From: an uncultured Candidatus Brocadia sp.
Lineage (GTDB): Bacteria; Planctomycetota; Brocadiia; Brocadiales; Brocadiaceae
NCBI GenBank assembly: GCA_964490485.1
Contig: CAZBCT010000003.1
Location: 35,280 to 67,279, forward strand
Length of the DNA stretch: 32,000 nt
Direction: 5' to 3'
Shown: one piece after another, positions 27,142 through 32,000 of the stretch
Numbering within the stretch: position 1 is the first letter of the stretch
Layout: the number at the start of each line of letters is the position of its first letter
Translations under genes and position numbers: made by a program
Notes under the pieces: model-generated
What the model was told of the DNA's origin: nothing
The model's database searches: none
The model's input: the letters and a program-made list of their open reading frames with translations, nothing else

Positions 27142-29418
27142 GTGAAAACGGCTAAACAAATGCACGGAGAAGATATTGATACTTATAAGGTTGCCCTGGT
27201 GGGAAATCCAAATGTCGGGAAAAGCGTGATATTTGGTTTACTAACCGGGAAATACGTGACCGTGTCGAACTATCCGGGGACAACCGTAGAGGTCTCCCGT
27301 GGGGTATGCAATGGCTTGAATGGAGGTGTTGAAGTCGTAGATACACCGGGGGCAAATAGTCTTATTCCTCTTTCTGAAGATGAGAGTGTCACAAGGGATA
27401 TGCTTTTGGAGGAGTGCAAGAAGCACGTTGTCCAGGTGATGGATGCAAAGAATCTTCGTCGTGGCTTGTTGATTACCACGCAACTTGCAGAGATGGGGCT
27501 GCCTGTGGTGATAACGTTGAATATGTGGGATGAGCTTTTAGACAGGGGAATGAATATTGATGTAAATGTATTACAGGAAAAGTTGAGTCTTCCTATCATA
27601 AAAACTATTGCTACCCACAGGGTGGGAGTAAGCGCACTATTTAGTTCCATACCGAATGCAAAAGTCCCCAATCTTTACGTTGATTACGGGAACTTCATTG
27701 AAGAGGGCATTTCTAAGATAGAGAAAATATTGCAGGGCAACACGACCGTGAATGAAAGGGCGCTGGCTATAATGCTTTTGTCGGGCGATAGCGCTCTTGA
27801 AGAGAAATTGCGAAAGCAACTTTCTGATCATGCGCTTGATGAAGTGCAAAGCATTCGGAATAATATCCAGGCGCATTTTGGCAGTCCGTTGAGTTATGTA
27901 ATCAATATCAAGCGGGCAAATTATGTGGATGCGTTGGTTGAGGCAGTAACATCCAATCTCAAAAAAGAAAAGGAAACTCATCCGGTTTTGAGGAAAATGT
28001 TTTTTTATTTTCTTATGCCGGCAGTTTTTTTTTTCATGGGTTATAAGCTCATGGCTTTATTAATGTATCTCATTTCATCCGGTAGTGTTTTTGCTTCTCT
28101 TTTACCGTTTGTTGTTGGCGGTATCTCATCGATATGGTTTTCGCTGCACCTCTATGTGAAAGAATACAAGGCGAAGAGTACCATTGCAGGGATATTGGGG
28201 CGTATTACCATGCATCCGGTGGCAGCATTTCCGCTCCTGGTTATTATTTTATGGATTGTTTATAAGCTGGTGGGAGAGTTTGGCGCGGGAACATGTGTAG
28301 ATTTCTTTGAAGAAAAGGTCTTTGGCCGATCATTGATACCTTCAGGTGGCTTTGATTTATGCTTATATATACCCTTTATTCAGAAGTCATATGTTATTAC
28401 CCATGTGAATTTTCAAGGGTTCAATTATTATTTCGGACTGCTTGCACAAAAATTGGTGGATAAAGATAATATTATCTTTGAGTTATTTTTGAATGAACAA
28501 TCCGGGCTAATACGAGTGGGGCTCACCTATGCAATTGCCATTGTTTTCCCCATCGTTGGGTTTTTCTTTCTGGCATTTGGCATTATGGAAGATAGTGGAT
28601 ATCTTCCACGTCTTGCTGTTATGGTGGATAAGATATTTAAACGCATAGGGCTAAACGGGAAAGCCGTTCTTCCGATGGTGCTGGGTCTGGGTTGTGACAC
28701 CATGGCAACCCTGACAACCCGCATCCTGAATACAAAAAAGGAGAGGATTATTGCTACGTTGTTATTGGCATTGGCCATCCCGTGTTCTGCCCAGTTAGGG
28801 GTTATTTCGAGTGTACTAGGCAGGGTTTCGGGGATATATTTTGCCATTTACGTTTTTGTTATTTGTACCCAGCTTCTCCTTGTTGGTTATTTATCGTCTA
28901 AGGTCTTGCCTGGGGCTCCTTCGGATTTTTTGATGGAGATACCTCCGTTTCGGATGCCTAAACTATCGAATATTTTTGTCAAGACATTTTACCGGGTACA
29001 TTGGTTCTTAAAGGAAGCGGTGCCCTTATTTATGCTGGGTACCCTTGCATTATTCGTGGCAACGAAGGTAGGGCTACTCTCTATTGTGGAGAGAATGGGT
29101 GCGCCAATTACCCGGAATTTTTTAGGACTCCCCGAAGAAACAACGCATGGGTTTATCCTGGGATTCTTAAGAAGGGATTACGGCGCTGTGAGCATCTTTA
29201 AGACATTGGAAGAAAAAGGAGGAAGCGCAGGAATTGACCCCAAACAATTGTTAGTCTCGCTTGTCGTGATTACGTTGTTTATACCGTGCCTTGCCAATTT
29301 TTTAGTGATGATCAAAGAGCAAGGGGCTAAAAACGCATTCCTCATGTTTGCCTTTATATTTCCATATTCGGTGCTTGTTGGCGGTATTTTGCGGATCATT
29401 TTACAGCAGTTTTCATGA
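27142..29418 (+). CDS. feoB: Ferrous iron transporter B
   Basis: 758 aa; 'VALVGNPNVGKSVIFGLLTG', 'VSNYPGTTVEVSRG', 'VVDTPGANSLIPLSEDESV', followed by gate-domain TM segments. Confidence 0.93.
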   Translation: MKTAKQMHGEDIDTYKVALVGNPNVGKSVIFGLLTGKYVTVSNYPGTTVEVSRGVCNGLNGGVEVVDTPGANSLIPLSEDESVTRDMLLEECKKHVVQVMDAKNLRRGLLITTQLAEMGLPVVITLNMWDELLDRGMNIDVNVLQEKLSLPIIKTIATHRVGVSALFSSIPNAKVPNLYVDYGNFIEEGISKIEKILQGNTTVNERALAIMLLSGDSALEEKLRKQLSDHALDEVQSIRNNIQAHFGSPLSYVINIKRANYVDALVEAVTSNLKKEKETHPVLRKMFFYFLMPAVFFFMGYKLMALLMYLISSGSVFASLLPFVVGGISSIWFSLHLYVKEYKAKSTIAGILGRITMHPVAAFPLLVIILWIVYKLVGEFGAGTCVDFFEEKVFGRSLIPSGGFDLCLYIPFIQKSYVITHVNFQGFNYYFGLLAQKLVDKDNIIFELFLNEQSGLIRVGLTYAIAIVFPIVGFFFLAFGIMEDSGYLPRLAVMVDKIFKRIGLNGKAVLPMVLGLGCDTMATLTTRILNTKKERIIATLLLALAIPCSAQLGVISSVLGRVSGIYFAIYVFVICTQLLLVGYLSSKVLPGAPSDFLMEIPPFRMPKLSNIFVKTFYRVHWFLKEAVPLFMLGTLALFVATKVGLLSIVERMGAPITRNFLGLPEETTHGFILGFLRRDYGAVSIFKTLEEKGGSAGIDPKQLLVSLVVITLFIPCLANFLVMIKEQGAKNAFLMFAFIFPYSVLVGGILRIILQQFS

Positions 29419-29826
29419 ATGCAAATACGAGGGAAGATCATATCCATTTCATGCAATGTTGCAGAGGTGTGCATCATCAGAGAAAACACCGCATGTGAAA
29501 GTTGTTCCGCCTGTCCAAAAAAGATGGGCATACGGGACATTATAACAGTGGCGGCGATCAATGGAATTCGGGTTGGACAGGAGGTTGTCTTACGTGAAAC
29601 CAGGAATTGGTTTACAAAAAATAAAATTGTGATTGCGCTGCTTGCCTTTGTGTTTGGAATCATATTGACCGAGTCAATATCGACAATAGTATCATTCGGT
29701 ACGTATCGTACAGAGATTGACTTGCTTGGCGGTGGTTTGATAACAATCATTATGGTGATGGTATTAAGGATCAAGCGTCCACGATATCTTTTTAAGATAG
29801 AGTTGACAGAAGTGGGAAAGGATTAA
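29419..29826 (+). CDS. SoxR-reducing system RseC-like membrane protein
   Basis: 135 aa; 'CESCSACPKK', two TM segments; start abuts the feoB stop codon. Confidence 0.7.
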   Translation: MQIRGKIISISCNVAEVCIIRENTACESCSACPKKMGIRDIITVAAINGIRVGQEVVLRETRNWFTKNKIVIALLAFVFGIILTESISTIVSFGTYRTEIDLLGGGLITIIMVMVLRIKRPRYLFKIELTEVGKD

Positions 29827-29828
29827 GT

Positions 29829-30479
29829 ATGACTGAGCCTAGTCAAGAGGAAATTCTGGAATTAATATGGACAATAGATGAAGAGAAGGGGGTGGTCGAA
29901 AGAGAGTCATTAATAAAAAAGATACGCCTCCCCTCAGCTGAACAGGTATTAAACACCCTCATTCACGAGGAGTATGTGACAATATCAGATAGCAAAGTAG
30001 CGTTAACCAAAAAAGGCTTGGCAGGCGCGCGATTAGTCATTAGAAGGCACCGACTGGCTGAAAGGTTGTTGAATGATGTACTCGATGTAAAAGAAGATGC
30101 CATGGATTCCAGCGCATGTAAATTTGAGCATATCCTGGATGAGGAAGTCACGGCCAGTATATGTACTTTGTTAGGGCATCCGGTAACCTGTCCTCATGGA
30201 AAGGCTATCCCGCCGGGAGAGTGTTGTGAGAAGGCAAATAAGGAGATAAGGCCTGTGGTGATGCCGTTATCAGATTTAAAATCCGGGGATGGGGCGAAGA
30301 TAGCATATATTGTAACAAAATATCATGGCAGGCTCGATAGGCTCTCATCTATGGGTTTATTGCCCGGCGTTCAAATCCACCTGCATCAGCGTCAACCGAC
30401 CTATGTCATCCAGATGGGTGAGACACAAATCGCCCTAGATACTGCTATTGCGCGGGATATTTATGTGCGTCTCTTGTAG
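29829..30479 (+). CDS. DtxR-family iron-dependent regulator with C-terminal FeoA/SH3-like domain
   Basis: 216 aa; 'YVTISDSKVALTKKGLAGARLVIRRHRLAERLLNDVLDV', 'CKFEHILDEEVTASICTLLGHPVTCPHGKAIPPGECC', 'SDLKSGDGAKIAYI...LDRLSSMGLLPGVQIHLHQR'. Confidence 0.85.
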   Translation: MTEPSQEEILELIWTIDEEKGVVERESLIKKIRLPSAEQVLNTLIHEEYVTISDSKVALTKKGLAGARLVIRRHRLAERLLNDVLDVKEDAMDSSACKFEHILDEEVTASICTLLGHPVTCPHGKAIPPGECCEKANKEIRPVVMPLSDLKSGDGAKIAYIVTKYHGRLDRLSSMGLLPGVQIHLHQRQPTYVIQMGETQIALDTAIARDIYVRLL

Positions 30480-31022
30480 TCTCGCTAAACGATGACATTA
30501 TTTAGTCTATGGATAATTTCAAGAAAATGAGCACTTTCTTGTTTTTGTTTATTCTTCCTGCTGCTTCCTCTTAAATATAGTATTTCATAAGTTTCTCTTA
30601 AAATAGCTTGTGAAATATCCCCATTTGTTGGTCCTCAACGATTTTCAAAACATCTGAATTGTTTAAAATTTTTACAAAAGTATAAAAAACACACAATAAA
30701 TGTTTTCTTCCTTAATATTTTTAAATGCTAAAAAAGGTAAATAATTCGTAAACAGGTATAAATATTTAAGGTATTTTAATCGTATTTTTTCATATATCAA
30801 CGAGATGTGTATACATATTATGTGAATATTGACAGGGATTTGACTTTTGTAAAAGTCAGCGAGAGTTAACGAGGCATATTATTTGCGTTTTATAGGTTAC
30901 AAATTGGATATTAAAAAATGGTTCTGCGCAATAATTACGTTCTAACGAAACGTTTTTAGTACCTATTTGTAATAAAGAAATGTTGTATAAGAAAAATTTG
31001 TTTGGTTTTGAGATCCAAAACT

Positions 31023-31051
31023 AACCCTGATTTTTCAGGAAAATCAGGGTT
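31023..31051. repeat. Perfect 12-bp stem hairpin AACCCTGATTTT-TCAGG-AAAATCAGGGTT in the motA 5' region
   Basis: Direct reading; ~35 nt upstream of the motA start; no U-tract after it. Confidence 0.8.
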
Positions 31052-31085
31052 GTAGACAACCTTAATTTACGGAGAGTTTGAAATT

Positions 31086-31886
31086 ATGGATCCAGGTGCA
31101 CTGATTGGAATGATTATTGGTGGCGCATTAATCTTGGTAGCTATTATATTTGAAGGTGGCGCTTCAGCAATACCGGGATATATTAACATGCCGGCAATGA
31201 TGATTACTATTGGGGGAACGCTGGCAGCAACTCTCATAAGGTATCCGATCCCCATGGTAGTTGGTGCAATTGCTGTGGTTAAAAAGGCTATCTTTGTGAA
31301 GATTGGGGTGGCTGAGGAAATGATCAGGCAGTTGGTTGAGTATTGTAAGGTTAGTCGTCGCGAAGGTCTTTTAGGGCTGGAGAAAGAAATCGAAAAGATT
31401 CATGACGAGTTTCTGATCAAAGCGATACGATTATTGGTTGACGGCTCTGATTCAGATACTCTGAGGAGTATTCTGGGGACAGAAATTGATAATGTTCGAC
31501 AAAGGCATGGAGCGGGCAAGGGTATCGTTGAATTTGCTGGTACCATATTTCCCGCTTTTGGTATGATTGGAACTGTGTTGGGACTTATTGCAATGATGAG
31601 AAAACTTGATGACCCGTCGCATATCGGGGAAGCTATGGCTGTGGCCTTTATCGCCACGTTTTATGGTGTTACCTTTTCAAATCTCGTCTTATTGCCGCTT
31701 GGCGGGAGGTTGGACACCCTAAGCAAAAAGGAGCTTTTCTTGAAAGAGATAATTATGGAAGGGGTAATCTCCATTCAAAAGGGCGATTCTCCTATGATAA
31801 CAGAGGATAAACTGAAGTCCTTTCTGCAGCCAAAAGCAGCGAGCAAATTATCCTTAGGTTCTAAAGAAAAGGAAAAATCCTCATGA
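31086..31886 (+). CDS. motA: Flagellar stator protein MotA
   Basis: 266 aa; 'MMITIGGTLAATLIRYP', 'FAGTIFPAFGMIGTVLGLIAMM', 'AVAFIATFYGVTFSNLVLLPL'. Confidence 0.9.
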   Translation: MDPGALIGMIIGGALILVAIIFEGGASAIPGYINMPAMMITIGGTLAATLIRYPIPMVVGAIAVVKKAIFVKIGVAEEMIRQLVEYCKVSRREGLLGLEKEIEKIHDEFLIKAIRLLVDGSDSDTLRSILGTEIDNVRQRHGAGKGIVEFAGTIFPAFGMIGTVLGLIAMMRKLDDPSHIGEAMAVAFIATFYGVTFSNLVLLPLGGRLDTLSKKELFLKEIIMEGVISIQKGDSPMITEDKLKSFLQPKAASKLSLGSKEKEKSS

Positions 31887-32000
31887 GTGATGAGGGCGGT
31901 TCTTCAGGAGGGCACGGTGGCCCGGTATGGTTGCTTACCTACTGTGATTTAATTACGTTACTCGTAGCCTTTTTTGTCATGATGATCAGCTTTTCTACAA
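31883..32000 (+). CDS. motB: Flagellar stator protein MotB, 5' end only (runs off the window)
   Basis: ATGA overlap with motA; 'GGPVWLPTYCDLITLLVAFFVMMISFST'. Confidence 0.85.
   Translation, partial: MSDEGGSSGGHGGPVWLLTYCDLITLLVAFFVMMISFST

Noticed and set aside
1-32000. CRISPR array or prophage
   Set aside because: No regularly spaced direct repeats and no phage structural, terminase or integrase genes in any frame.

Overview
32 kb bacterial chromosomal window. Family-level similarities and the gene mix suggest a planctomycete, possibly anammox-like; this is inference only. Backbone genes: an OYE-type Fe-S flavin oxidoreductase, mqnE, a DUF362/ferredoxin protein, a gph-like HAD phosphatase, a minus-strand acpS / B12-binding radical SAM / KAS / KAS-like cluster, a large TPR lipoprotein/secreted protein, murB, two YkgJ-type Cys-cluster proteins, feoB / RseC-like / DtxR-like genes and motA-motB. 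The most interesting region is ~16.3-20.3 kb. It reads as a minus-strand array of integron-type gene cassettes: four attC-like sites with ACCTAAC/GTCTAAC-type outer boxes, imperfect inverted arms and an extrahelical base. No integrase gene is visible, so it is CALIN-like. The cassettes carry toxin-antitoxin-like gene pairs. The last one encodes a protein with strong motif similarity to protein-glutamine glutaminase (protein deamidase; GCYARAH...CCVTWWYHV...VIDP) with a propeptide-like N-terminal domain. It is followed by a small ORF that is a free-standing copy of that N-terminal domain, a candidate toxin/immunity or enzyme/trans-inhibitor pair. A lone further attC-like site lies at 5170-5304 in plus orientation. 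Other notable signals: a KAS-like protein lacking all three Cys-His-His catalytic residues beside a canonical KAS; a pair of nearly identical hairpins between them; a ~150 bp palindromic MITE-like element present twice, one copy flanked by an 8-bp direct repeat; and back-to-back IS630-type transposase remnants.
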